Assembly: GCA_049423385.1 (NCBI GenBank)
Contig: JBMSQQ010000020.1
Location: forward strand, 1-42,636
Direction of reading: 5' to 3'
DNA from: Silvanigrellaceae bacterium
GTDB taxonomy: Bacteria > Bdellovibrionota_B > Oligoflexia > Silvanigrellales > Silvanigrellaceae
Length of the DNA stretch: 42,636 bases
The position numbers and the translations under genes are program-made. The notes below the pieces were generated by a model, which was given only the letters and a program-made list of their open reading frames with translations, did not search any database and was not told the DNA's origin. How positions within the stretch are numbered: position 1 is the stretch's first letter; each line of letters opens with the position of its first letter. This document shows positions 1 to 8,262 of this stretch, piece after piece.

Positions 1-104
1 TCAAAGCGTGCCGGCGTGTGGTCGAGTGCAATCTTGCTGCAGCCTGGCAAAAGCAAGGCCAACACTGCGAGCACTGCCGAAAGGATTGAAGATGTTCTTT
101 TCAT
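1..104 (-). CDS. Lipoprotein, N-terminal fragment (runs off the left edge); next gene of the motor-like operon
   Basis: Not in the ORF track. ATG at 104 overlaps the upstream TGA (101-103) as ATGA. Translates MKRTSSILSAVLAVLALLLPG-C-SKIALDHTPARF: basic N-terminus, hydrophobic core, lipobox. Confidence 0.75.
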   Translation of the reverse strand, partial: MKRTSSILSAVLAVLALLLPGCSKIALDHTPARF

Positions 105-1894
105 GAACCAACAAGATCCACCCAACGCAATTTTTGCGCAGAGTATTCATCCACCAGATTCTCGGAAAGCTTGTTGCGGGCCATGTTGGAGTCGCGGCGG
201 GAGTTCGATGCCGCAGCTGCCAGTGCGTTCGCAAGTGACGATGGCATCGCTTTTTTGAGCTTTTCCCTGAAGTCCTGATGCTGCTCGGAGATCCAGGCGG
301 CCAGGCTCGCAATGTCTGTGTTGAGCATCAACGCAGTGCGTTGATCTGCCGTCAAGGCCAGCAACATGTCCGGGAAAAACACATACAGCATCCAATCCGG
401 CGGCTGCCCACCATGAAGTTTCAGCGCCTTTTGAACAAGTTCGCGCCGCAGGCTCGCCGGTATCAACGGAAGCAGGATAGAGAGAGCTGATGCGGCGTTG
501 ATCTCTTGTCCATGATCCGATGACTCGGAGTGATTCGTGATTGCAGGGACGGGCTTTCCATCGCAAACACTGCGCGCAGCCTTCAGAATATTGGCAAGAT
601 CATCGCGTGTTGCGCGATTGGAGCGCAGCAATTCCGAGGCATATTCGGAACGTTCGACGTCTGGCATCAACAAAGCGGTGGATTTTTGATCTGCACCTGA
701 AAGAAGTGAAAACAGAACTGCACCCAGACGCTTGGGCAATGTGGTCATCAAATTGCGAATCCCGGCGGGACCAAACTCCTCGTGAATGCGTTTGTAAATT
801 TCCGCGTCACTTTGAGAAAGAATCGTTGCTGCCAGGGCATGCTGGTTGAGAATCCGGTAGAACTCGGCACCCGAAGGCAATGCATCCGGAGCTGCATCCT
901 TCAAATATTCGCTGAATTCGAGTTTGCGCTTTGCAAATTCTCCATCTTCGGGAAACTCTGGCTTCACAAGGCCATCGAACTCGAGAACCGCCTTGGCCAA
1001 CATCGCATAATCGCCATCACGCAACCAAATCAGGAAAAGAGAACCCAAAACCTTGGAATCCTTTTCGATGCGCGAACGCCAAAGCATGGAATGTTCCGCA
1101 ACAAATGCTTTTTCAATTGTCTCAACATCAAGAATTGTGTTCTTTTCGGGGTTTGGCTGGATTTCCTTCAAATCCACAGGCTCCGGCTGCGGCGCCGTGA
1201 GCGTGGCCTCCATGAGTTTTTCCTCTACCGTTTTCACACCGAGGCGGCGCCATGCCCAGATCAAAGCCAACACGCAGAGTGTCAGCAACACTCCACCCAA
1301 CATGCCCGGAATATAGGGCAGCACACTCAACCAAAATTCACGGAAAAGGCCTTCTTTGCCAATCTCGGATCCAACTCCCTTGTCGTCAGAAGCACTTTTG
1401 TCCTTGCCTGGAGTTGGAGAAACAGAAGCCGTGGGAATCGGCGTTGGAGTGTTCTTGAGAGAATCAGGCAATGGCGGAAGCTGCTTGGCATCCACGGTAA
1501 CAACCGTAAATCCCTTGCCCAGCTTCTGTTCAAGCCGGCGGACCAACGTCAGTCGATCCTTTGCTGGAATGCTTGTCTCGGTCGCCAGTTCGCAGCGCGC
1601 GCCCGTCAGATATTCCTGGGCTTCAACCGCACCTGGTCCACGGTCGTCCCCAATCCCCGGCAGTGAACCTTGTTTGGGTTTGTCGGTTGTCGCGTGCGAC
1701 ACATAAAAGCAGCCACGAGAAAAGCATTTGTCCGATGGGCAATCCTGACTCAAGGCCAGTTCAAATTGATTCTCGAGCCGCTTGAGTTCGGCCGCAACGG
1801 AAGGCGGAATGTTGCGCTCGGGAACACCGGGCGCCGCAAAAGCCATGCAGGTTGTTGTGAGTCCAAGAAGCACCAAGAATAAATTCACAGCCAT
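101..1894 (-). CDS. Membrane-anchored protein with FliG middle- and C-terminal-like cytoplasmic domains (597 aa)
   Basis: Likely start ATG 1894 (GGAG upstream). Signal peptide ending AFA, Cys-containing exported domain, Pro/Thr linker, TM helix (VLPYIPGMLGGVLLTLCVLALIWAW-RR). Then GPAGIRNLMTTLPKRLGAVLFSLL...MPDVERSEYASELL (FliG-M-like) and VFFPDMLLALTADQRTALMLNTDIASLAAWISEQHQDFREKLKKAMP (FliG-C-like), matched by eye. Confidence 0.65.
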   Translation of the reverse strand: MAVNLFLVLLGLTTTCMAFAAPGVPERNIPPSVAAELKRLENQFELALSQDCPSDKCFSRGCFYVSHATTDKPKQGSLPGIGDDRGPGAVEAQEYLTGARCELATETSIPAKDRLTLVRRLEQKLGKGFTVVTVDAKQLPPLPDSLKNTPTPIPTASVSPTPGKDKSASDDKGVGSEIGKEGLFREFWLSVLPYIPGMLGGVLLTLCVLALIWAWRRLGVKTVEEKLMEATLTAPQPEPVDLKEIQPNPEKNTILDVETIEKAFVAEHSMLWRSRIEKDSKVLGSLFLIWLRDGDYAMLAKAVLEFDGLVKPEFPEDGEFAKRKLEFSEYLKDAAPDALPSGAEFYRILNQHALAATILSQSDAEIYKRIHEEFGPAGIRNLMTTLPKRLGAVLFSLLSGADQKSTALLMPDVERSEYASELLRSNRATRDDLANILKAARSVCDGKPVPAITNHSESSDHGQEINAASALSILLPLIPASLRRELVQKALKLHGGQPPDWMLYVFFPDMLLALTADQRTALMLNTDIASLAAWISEQHQDFREKLKKAMPSSLANALAAAASNSRRDSNMARNKLSENLVDEYSAQKLRWVDLVGS

Positions 1895-1913
1895 CACTCC
1901 CAACGTTTCAGCT

Positions 1914-2543
1914 TCAATAAACCCTGACAACAACCCGGCGATGTCGCGCAAGCCGTTCGTCATCGTTCAATCCAGCCAATTCCGATTCCGGAAGTGGCTT
2001 GGTGTCTGCATAGGCTTCAACCCGAATATGGTCTCGCGGAATTCCGTGTCCCTCAAGTCTGGAACGCAATTCAATGGCACGTGAACTCGCAAGCTCCCAG
2101 TTCGAGGCAAACTTGCCGGCACCTTGAACAATCGGGGTGATGTCTGTGTGCCCCTCAACCGCAAATGAATACTTTTTTCCATAGGCGGACAACGTTTTGA
2201 AGAGGCTGTTCAGGGTCTGTTCCCATTCTCCACGGATGGCCGCGCTCCCCGAATCGAACATGATTCCGGAGTTGAGGGAAAGCGCCAATCCTTCATCATT
2301 GAGGTTGGTGCGCACCACTTTCTCAAGTCCCGCCTCCTTGATCTTTGAGTCTATTTCCTTCTGAATCGATTCAAGGCTCTGCGAACTTTCGGCTCCACTC
2401 AGGTTACGGGCTATCTGCTGCATCTTGACACGCGAGATTTGCGCAGCCGACAAAAGCATCACGAAGAACAACAGAAGATTCGTGATCAAGTCCGCATAGG
2501 ACAACAACCAACCTTCTTCAGATCCTTTTGTCCGACGCTGCAT
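1914..2543 (-). CDS. motB: MotB-family stator protein (TM plus OmpA-like peptidoglycan-binding domain)
   Basis: WLLSYADLITNLLLFFVMLLS with the conserved Asp; VEGHTD, SNWELASSRA and RRVVVRV OmpA/MotB motifs. Confidence 0.9.
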   Translation of the reverse strand: MQRRTKGSEEGWLLSYADLITNLLLFFVMLLSAAQISRVKMQQIARNLSGAESSQSLESIQKEIDSKIKEAGLEKVVRTNLNDEGLALSLNSGIMFDSGSAAIRGEWEQTLNSLFKTLSAYGKKYSFAVEGHTDITPIVQGAGKFASNWELASSRAIELRSRLEGHGIPRDHIRVEAYADTKPLPESELAGLNDDERLARHRRVVVRVY

Positions 2544-2546
2544 TCC

Positions 2547-3248
2547 TCAGCCCTCCGCCAGGAGGTCGTTCACGCTCTTCTGGCACCGCTCAACCATTCC
2601 GATCCGCTCATCGAGGAGCGTATTGAGGTAGTGACTGATGGGTCCGGCAATTCCGGCACCAAATGCGACTCCATAGAGTGTGGCGGTCAATGCAAGCGAC
2701 ATGGCCGTTCCGATGTTTGTGTTGTCTGAAGTCATGTTCTTGAAAAGCTGTATCATGCCGGTGATGGTACCCACCATGCCAAAGGATGGTCCAAGCTTGG
2801 ACAACATTTCCCAATTGTGGATGGCCGGTTGCATTCTCTCGATTTCATCATGCCGAAGTTCGGTGAACACCTTTTCCGAAGAAGCTCCGGCGGCGCGGCG
2901 CAGCAAAAGCTGGACAAACAGTTTCGTCGACTCGAAATTCGATTTGTCCAAAAACTCGAGCACCTGCGATTTCTTGCCTTCACGCCAAAGAACGCAGATC
3001 TTTTCGCGCTCTTCATCCATCTTCATTGTCTGTGATGAAAATCCACGCATGCCGGGAATGAATTCCCTGAGGCATGTGAGTGTTCGCAGCGCAGTCTTGC
3101 TGCTTGAGCCCAACAGCACCGCTGCAGCACAACCCACCAGAACCATCACAAGGGCATGTGGATCGAATGCTGAAACCTGCGTCATGTTGCGCGAGCTGAA
3201 ACCAAGCGCAATCACCGCGAACAATAAAAATATTCCAAACAACTGCAT
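2547..3248 (-). CDS. motA: MotA/PomA-family stator protein (MotA/TolQ/ExbB channel)
   Basis: Four hydrophobic segments; GPSFGMVGTITGMIQLF and IGTAMSLALTATLYG match MotA/PomA TM3 and TM4; cytoplasmic WREG...LE; directly upstream of motB. Confidence 0.88.
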   Translation of the reverse strand: MQLFGIFLLFAVIALGFSSRNMTQVSAFDPHALVMVLVGCAAAVLLGSSSKTALRTLTCLREFIPGMRGFSSQTMKMDEEREKICVLWREGKKSQVLEFLDKSNFESTKLFVQLLLRRAAGASSEKVFTELRHDEIERMQPAIHNWEMLSKLGPSFGMVGTITGMIQLFKNMTSDNTNIGTAMSLALTATLYGVAFGAGIAGPISHYLNTLLDERIGMVERCQKSVNDLLAEG

Positions 3249-3270
3249 TGCCTACCCCAATTTCGGATGA

Positions 3271-3918
3271 TTATTTTTTGGTTCTCTGCAAATCCTCAAG
3301 TTTCTTGCGCACAGTCGAATCGCTCTCGATCTCCTCGGACTTCTCCCAGGTTTCGATCGCTTTTTCCTTCTCACCCATCAAGAGCAGAATAGAGCCCTTC
3401 GCACGCAAAAACTCGGGATGTGAGGGATATCGGGCGAGGACAATTTCAGCATACTCCAACGCCAACGAGTAATTCGCATTGCGAATAGCCTCCTGCATCA
3501 GCGTTCGCGAGCGCGAGACGCTCACGTCCGGAGCTGATTCATTCACTTTCAAACCGCGTTCGCGATATGCTTCATTCAAAGATTTGTCGGCAGGTCCCGG
3601 CGGTGGCGGAACAAGCCGCGAGGTTGGTAAAACCTTGACTTTCTGGTTATCTGTCGAATGTTCAATGATCACCCTCTGCGAAGACGCAAGCATCGGAACA
3701 TCCACTTCAGTCATGACTTTGCCATCGTTCCAGCGGACTTTGAGGGCTGTTGTGGAACCAGCAGAATAGGCCTGCAACGGCTTGCCCTCTTCCTTGAGGG
3801 CCTCATTCCGCTGCAAAGGAGCATCCAATAGGTAGTGGGTGTAGTTGCGTGGCGAGGTGCAGCCAAGACAAACCACGAAAATCAACCCATACTGCATCAA
3901 CAAATTTCCTGATTTCAT
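3271..3918 (-). CDS. TPR-containing lipoprotein
   Basis: Lipobox-like CLG-C; C-terminal TPR pattern (NYSLALEYAEIVLARYPSHPEFLRAKGSILLLMGEKEKAIETWEKS); ATGA overlap with the upstream gene. Confidence 0.75.
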   Translation of the reverse strand: MKSGNLLMQYGLIFVVCLGCTSPRNYTHYLLDAPLQRNEALKEEGKPLQAYSAGSTTALKVRWNDGKVMTEVDVPMLASSQRVIIEHSTDNQKVKVLPTSRLVPPPPGPADKSLNEAYRERGLKVNESAPDVSVSRSRTLMQEAIRNANYSLALEYAEIVLARYPSHPEFLRAKGSILLLMGEKEKAIETWEKSEEIESDSTVRKKLEDLQRTKK

Positions 3919-4898
3919 GGCACCACCGGCAGCAACGAAGAGTTCAAGGTTGAAATTCCAATCCCAAGCCTACCATTCGTGGAAAAGAAAATGTTCAAGG
4001 CGTAATTCCCATTTAAAATCGGAAAAGGAACCCGGGCAATGCCAACGAGCGTCAGTAAAGGGTCAAATCCGTCAACGGAAGTGCCACCAAGATTCCGGGT
4101 CAGTGATCGAATGAGTGCGGTCGGCACACTCATCAACAACTTTCCGCCCAACAATGAATTTTCCAACGCCGGAAAAGCTTCCGCATAGGTTGCACCCAAG
4201 CCCAGAACTGGATCGAATGCGGACAACGAAACCCCGAAAAACCGCTGATTGAACTGTCCCCACTGCTCGAGCCAATCCACTGAAAAATGCTGACCGGGGT
4301 AAACCCCCAGATCGAACACCGTGTGGGTCAGGCTCTCGCCGCGTTGCCTTCTCAGCAAATCGCGGGCAGCCGTATAGTTCCGTTGACTACGGGCTTGCGA
4401 AACGAGCGACGGACTCACGTTTTGTGCGAAGACAATCTTTCCGGTCGCAAGAGAAACACCCCGCACTGAAATCCCTTCAATGGTTTCGCTGAACCACCAC
4501 CCCGTTTGAGCGGGCGGTGAACTGCCTCTCATGGCATTGTCGAAGTCGGCAATATCGGTGAGCGTCATGCTGTCTGGGGAAACGAGTTCCATGCCTTGGT
4601 CGCGGACTTTACTGTACGTTGCTCCACAGCCCTCGCAAAAGCGAATACCGCTGTCTCTGAGAGCTGTTTGCAACGAACGCACAGAACGCACCACGAAAGA
4701 ATTTCGGCTTTCCTCAAATGCAGGACTCGCCTTCACAAGAATCGCAGGCAAATATTCACTGCTGTTCGTTGACTTGTATTCCAGCTGGTCGCGCAGAATT
4801 TCTTCGAAGCGAAGAAAGGCATCAGCGGTTGTCGGACGCTGTGCCCAGGCCATGCTCGAAAAAAATACCGCGACCACGGTTGCGATTTTCAGAACCAA
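3915..4898 (-). CDS. Secreted envelope protein with CxxC, a TolB-N/CsgG/FlgT-like segment and a beta-rich C-terminus
   Basis: Signal peptide (AWA-Q), GGAGG RBS, FCEGC, ISVRGVSLATGKIVFA; alternating amphipathic strands in the C-terminal half. Confidence 0.6.
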   Translation of the reverse strand: MVLKIATVVAVFFSSMAWAQRPTTADAFLRFEEILRDQLEYKSTNSSEYLPAILVKASPAFEESRNSFVVRSVRSLQTALRDSGIRFCEGCGATYSKVRDQGMELVSPDSMTLTDIADFDNAMRGSSPPAQTGWWFSETIEGISVRGVSLATGKIVFAQNVSPSLVSQARSQRNYTAARDLLRRQRGESLTHTVFDLGVYPGQHFSVDWLEQWGQFNQRFFGVSLSAFDPVLGLGATYAEAFPALENSLLGGKLLMSVPTALIRSLTRNLGGTSVDGFDPLLTLVGIARVPFPILNGNYALNIFFSTNGRLGIGISTLNSSLLPVVP

Positions 4899-6139
4899 AA
4901 TCCGACCTCCATTCCAGCGGTCTGGAACACGAACGGTGAACCAAGATTCAGGTAGCTGCCAAAATTCGCCGATCCCGAGAAACTTGGCATGGCTTCAAGA
5001 AAAAACGACATACTGACCCTGTTCTTCACACGAGCCTCCAAGCCGAGCCGATAACTTGCGAATGAGGCTCGTGCCCCGCTCAGGTTGCGATCAGCCAGAA
5101 CTTCGGCAACATTCAACGTGCTGTTTCGAAATGCTGCCGCACTGTTGCCTCGCAGGTTGACAACCCCTCCACCCAGCACAAGATACAAATCAGGCTCGGT
5201 CATGGATCGCATGCGTCCTGAAATCAGTCGGGAAAACCGACCACCCGCGAGCCACCCATCATGCGAGTCGACCTGATTGGTGAACCCGAGGTGGAACTCA
5301 CCGGTCCACACTCGCGATTGTGTAAATGCGGCTTCAGCACCTGCAACAATCCAGACCATTGGAGGAACAGCCACCAGAGTCGAGGTGGCCTGTCGCCCCG
5401 AGGTCACATCCTCCCTGTTGTCGGGCACGGCATAATTGGAAACACTGACCCGGAGAGGAAAGGAAAAGAAAGGTCTTTCGCGCAAAACGGCAAGGTATTC
5501 AGCGCGAGCTTCGGCAACCGTCTTGAGATTGGATGGCTGCCTCAGAAGAGAGGGAGATGTGGTAGAACTGGCGATCGTCCGCGCAAAGACTATTGGCAAG
5601 TTGTCGCGGATTTCAGTGATCCGGCCACGCAGGACCAACTGCGACTTCTCTGCCTCGAAATCCAGAAAAACTGCATGCTTCGCCACCGAATTTGCGCCCG
5701 ACTTTGCAAGCACATCGTTGAGCTGCAGACCACGGGCCATCACCGTCCCATTGGGTGAGGAGTGCGTGACGAGCGCCGTGCAATCGGGACAGTGAATCAA
5801 ATCGATACCGGTGTCGCGATTCTGCACAACAAGTTCTGCAAAATGATTTTCGAGATATGCAGAAAGACCGGCGCCAAATCCGTAGGGCACTCCAACGCCA
5901 GCAAGAACCACGTTCGTTCTTGCCTGAAAAATCGGGTTCGATTTCAATCCAAAAACAAATTCATCGAGAAGATCAGCTGCCATCAACTGAAGTTCTGCAG
6001 CAACAGCCGTTCTCGCGTCGACCAGCTGGATCGATTCATCCGGTGTCGCAAATTCCGCAGCATTTGATTTGCCGGCGGATAGAAACGCCATCAAAGTCAT
6101 CAGCAACAATCGAAAACAGCGTCTATTCACAGCAACCAT
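4889..6139 (-). CDS. Putative outer-membrane protein: CxxC N-terminal domain plus C-terminal beta-barrel
   Basis: Signal peptide (SNA-A), HCPDC, amphipathic beta-strands, terminal EVGFWF (BAM-type C-terminal Phe). Start could be 6145, 6139 or 6130. Confidence 0.62.
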   Translation of the reverse strand: MVAVNRRCFRLLLMTLMAFLSAGKSNAAEFATPDESIQLVDARTAVAAELQLMAADLLDEFVFGLKSNPIFQARTNVVLAGVGVPYGFGAGLSAYLENHFAELVVQNRDTGIDLIHCPDCTALVTHSSPNGTVMARGLQLNDVLAKSGANSVAKHAVFLDFEAEKSQLVLRGRITEIRDNLPIVFARTIASSTTSPSLLRQPSNLKTVAEARAEYLAVLRERPFFSFPLRVSVSNYAVPDNREDVTSGRQATSTLVAVPPMVWIVAGAEAAFTQSRVWTGEFHLGFTNQVDSHDGWLAGGRFSRLISGRMRSMTEPDLYLVLGGGVVNLRGNSAAAFRNSTLNVAEVLADRNLSGARASFASYRLGLEARVKNRVSMSFFLEAMPSFSGSANFGSYLNLGSPFVFQTAGMEVGFWF

Positions 6140-6771
6140 TGCCAATCACCCGTGTTTGAACAAAGTCCGGCATGCCAGATCGTTTCTGCCGGATTGAGCT
6201 GAACGATACCCAGTACTTTCTCTCCGCCCTTGATTCCACCTGCAAATTCCTCGCAGAGGATCGGCATGCCATCGACAATTCTGGCCTGCTGGAATTTCTG
6301 GATCCCGAAAGCACTCAACACCGGCGGCAAATCGAGCACGGATTCGTGCAATTCTGCCAAATGCGTCTTTGCTGCGTTCGCAATTTTTTCGGCAACAACA
6401 ACATCGGAATGAATCACCTCAACACGCCAAATCGTGTTGGATGGTGACTTCAACCTGGCTGCCTTGACCAACTCTGGCACAGTGGTCGAAATGGAAGCCA
6501 ACAGTGCTTCAACCCGGGCAGGACGATCGGATGTGGCCACCACACGGGAGCGGCAGTCAATAACATCTTCACCAATAAATATTCCCCGCGCAAAGCCTTC
6601 CCGGTTTGCCGCGAGCAGCCTTTGCCTGGCATTTTCCCCTGTGAGCAGCGCACACTCCCTCTCGGATGAATCGCCATTGGTCCCACTGAAGACACCCGGC
6701 CCCGGATCAAGAAACCCACTCAACAGCAACGGCAATCCAAGGTAAAGACTCATCAGGACAATAGCCAGCAT
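6127..6771 (-). CDS. Hypothetical membrane-anchored or exported protein
   Basis: N-terminal hydrophobic helix, four Cys, TGATG coupling to the upstream gene and overlap with the downstream gene. Confidence 0.65.
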   Translation of the reverse strand: MLAIVLMSLYLGLPLLLSGFLDPGPGVFSGTNGDSSERECALLTGENARQRLLAANREGFARGIFIGEDVIDCRSRVVATSDRPARVEALLASISTTVPELVKAARLKSPSNTIWRVEVIHSDVVVAEKIANAAKTHLAELHESVLDLPPVLSAFGIQKFQQARIVDGMPILCEEFAGGIKGGEKVLGIVQLNPAETIWHAGLCSNTGDWQWLL

Positions 6772-7520
6772 CAGTTGCCACCCTCTGATGGGTTCTTCGC
6801 CAATTTGAGTGCCAGCTGTCGCGTGCCCGCATTCATCACGACCTGACTCAATTGCCGGTGAAGATCCCTGGTCATCAGCCTGTCGGCAGTTCCTTCAACG
6901 ATCTGCTCTTCCTCGCTTCGAAAAAGAAAATTTGCGATGGTATTGAGCGCCAGATATCCAAATCCCGTGTATTCAATAAATCTCAATTGAAAAGATTGAT
7001 CGGCAAGAACAAAACCACTCTCGTCACGAACCACGATGCGTTGTTCATCGGTGAAGTCTTCAATCTGCGGGACGAGAGTCAATGTGTAGAAGGACAAGGG
7101 TCCAAGCCAGCCATTCCGCAAAATCCGAACCCGCTTGGCCGACAACTCGACAATCAGTTTGGAACTGGGCAATCCCGTCTGGGCGCCCGCCGGCTTGGCA
7201 ACCGGTGGAGTTTCCCCCTCCGATTTGCCGGTATCATCGGCAGTGCTGTCTTCTTCGTTGGGCTGATCAAGTTGAACCTTGGCACTCTGCCTCTCAAGTG
7301 CCTCGGAAACGTTTCGGCACAAGTTGTCAGCATCCTCGGGCTGAAGGAGCGCACCCGAAAAGCATTTGAGATGAATTGTCATTCCCTCGAAATTGGCTTT
7401 TCGAACATCTATCCCGACCGGTTGACGGAGTGCGCTCAAAGGCTGATAGACGACCGTCAAGCAAGCGCTCAAGCAAGACGAACCGACAACAAACATCGCC
7501 ACCCGGAGTCCCGAATTCAT
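6771..7520 (-). CDS. Hypothetical lipoprotein (249 aa), first gene of the motor-like operon
   Basis: Start reassigned to ATG 7520 (MNSGLRVAMFVVGSSCLSA-C lipobox). The longer ORF to 7829 overlaps the divergent PilZ gene. Confidence 0.7.
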   Translation of the reverse strand: MNSGLRVAMFVVGSSCLSACLTVVYQPLSALRQPVGIDVRKANFEGMTIHLKCFSGALLQPEDADNLCRNVSEALERQSAKVQLDQPNEEDSTADDTGKSEGETPPVAKPAGAQTGLPSSKLIVELSAKRVRILRNGWLGPLSFYTLTLVPQIEDFTDEQRIVVRDESGFVLADQSFQLRFIEYTGFGYLALNTIANFLFRSEEEQIVEGTADRLMTRDLHRQLSQVVMNAGTRQLALKLAKNPSEGGN

Positions 7521-7737
7521 CTGGTTCGCACCCTTGACTATCTGGAATTGTTGCATATTTTTTACCAGTCCAAGGACTGCACCGCAAGCTCCCGGGAGCC
7601 AAAGAAACTGTCGATGTCTGGGATGCGGACCTCTTGCCGGGCAATTAAATCCGACCAAAAACATAACACTGGCAACTTCAGTTTCTCGACGCAGACGCCG
7701 AATCTCCACAGGATGAAACATCATGGGGAGAAGGGCT

Positions 7738-8196
7738 ATGTCGGTTTTTTCAAAATTCTCGAAATATGCCAGTGAAAACGGCGAGAGCGGCGGAGACTCT
7801 GCCCAACCCCTCAAGCGCGCGAAGCGCATTGAAAGTCATGCCCTCGTCGATGTGAAACTGAGCGCATGGAATCCTTTGGCAGTGGCCAGCGCTGTCTTGC
7901 TTGACCTGTCCTGGCAGGGTTTCAAGATTGAGTTCGTCAATCCTGTGAAGATCAAAACAGGCTCACGCCTGACAATGAGCGTACCGTTGGCCTCGTTCGG
8001 AATCCTTGCCCCTGCGCGAGTCAAACTCAAAATCCAGGTCAAGTGGTACGATGCACGCATGGCACGCGCCGGAGGCATCTTTGAGCCGGAAAGCCACGAA
8101 CAGGATTATCTGATCCAAAAGATTATCGACGTCCTGACCCTCCGTGGCGCACCCGAGGATGGTGGACAATTCACGCAAACTCCACGCGCCTCCTGA
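7738..8196 (+). CDS. PilZ-domain protein
   Basis: KRAKR followed by DLSWQG (DxSxxG) and VKW...AGGIF, typical PilZ pattern; GGAG RBS before ATG 7738. Confidence 0.8.
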   Translation: MSVFSKFSKYASENGESGGDSAQPLKRAKRIESHALVDVKLSAWNPLAVASAVLLDLSWQGFKIEFVNPVKIKTGSRLTMSVPLASFGILAPARVKLKIQVKWYDARMARAGGIFEPESHEQDYLIQKIIDVLTLRGAPEDGGQFTQTPRAS

Positions 8197-8262
8197 TCTG
8201 GACGATTGCCTTGGCCTCCGGTAAAGCGTTTGACACCACGTCCGCTTCGGAGGATTTTCTGA

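Noticed and set aside
782..1666. Long opposite-strand ORFs (782..1666, 6852..7775, 20882..21649, 32279..33214, 38551..39399, 39415..40356)
   Set aside because: They lie antisense to well-supported genes and show no protein-family motifs.
1914..3248. Zorya (ZorA/ZorB) anti-phage system
   Set aside because: The MotA-like protein is only 233 aa with no long ZorA tail, and no ZorC/D/E helicase or nuclease genes are present.
1914..3248. ExbBD/TolQR or AglRQS-type motor
   Set aside because: The B subunit has a W..YAD TM motif and an OmpA domain (MotB type), the A subunit has four TM segments, and no TonB/TolA C-terminal domain is evident.
7521..7829. N-terminal 103 codons of ORF 6771..7829
   Set aside because: Overlaps the divergent PilZ gene; the lipoprotein signal begins at ATG 7520.
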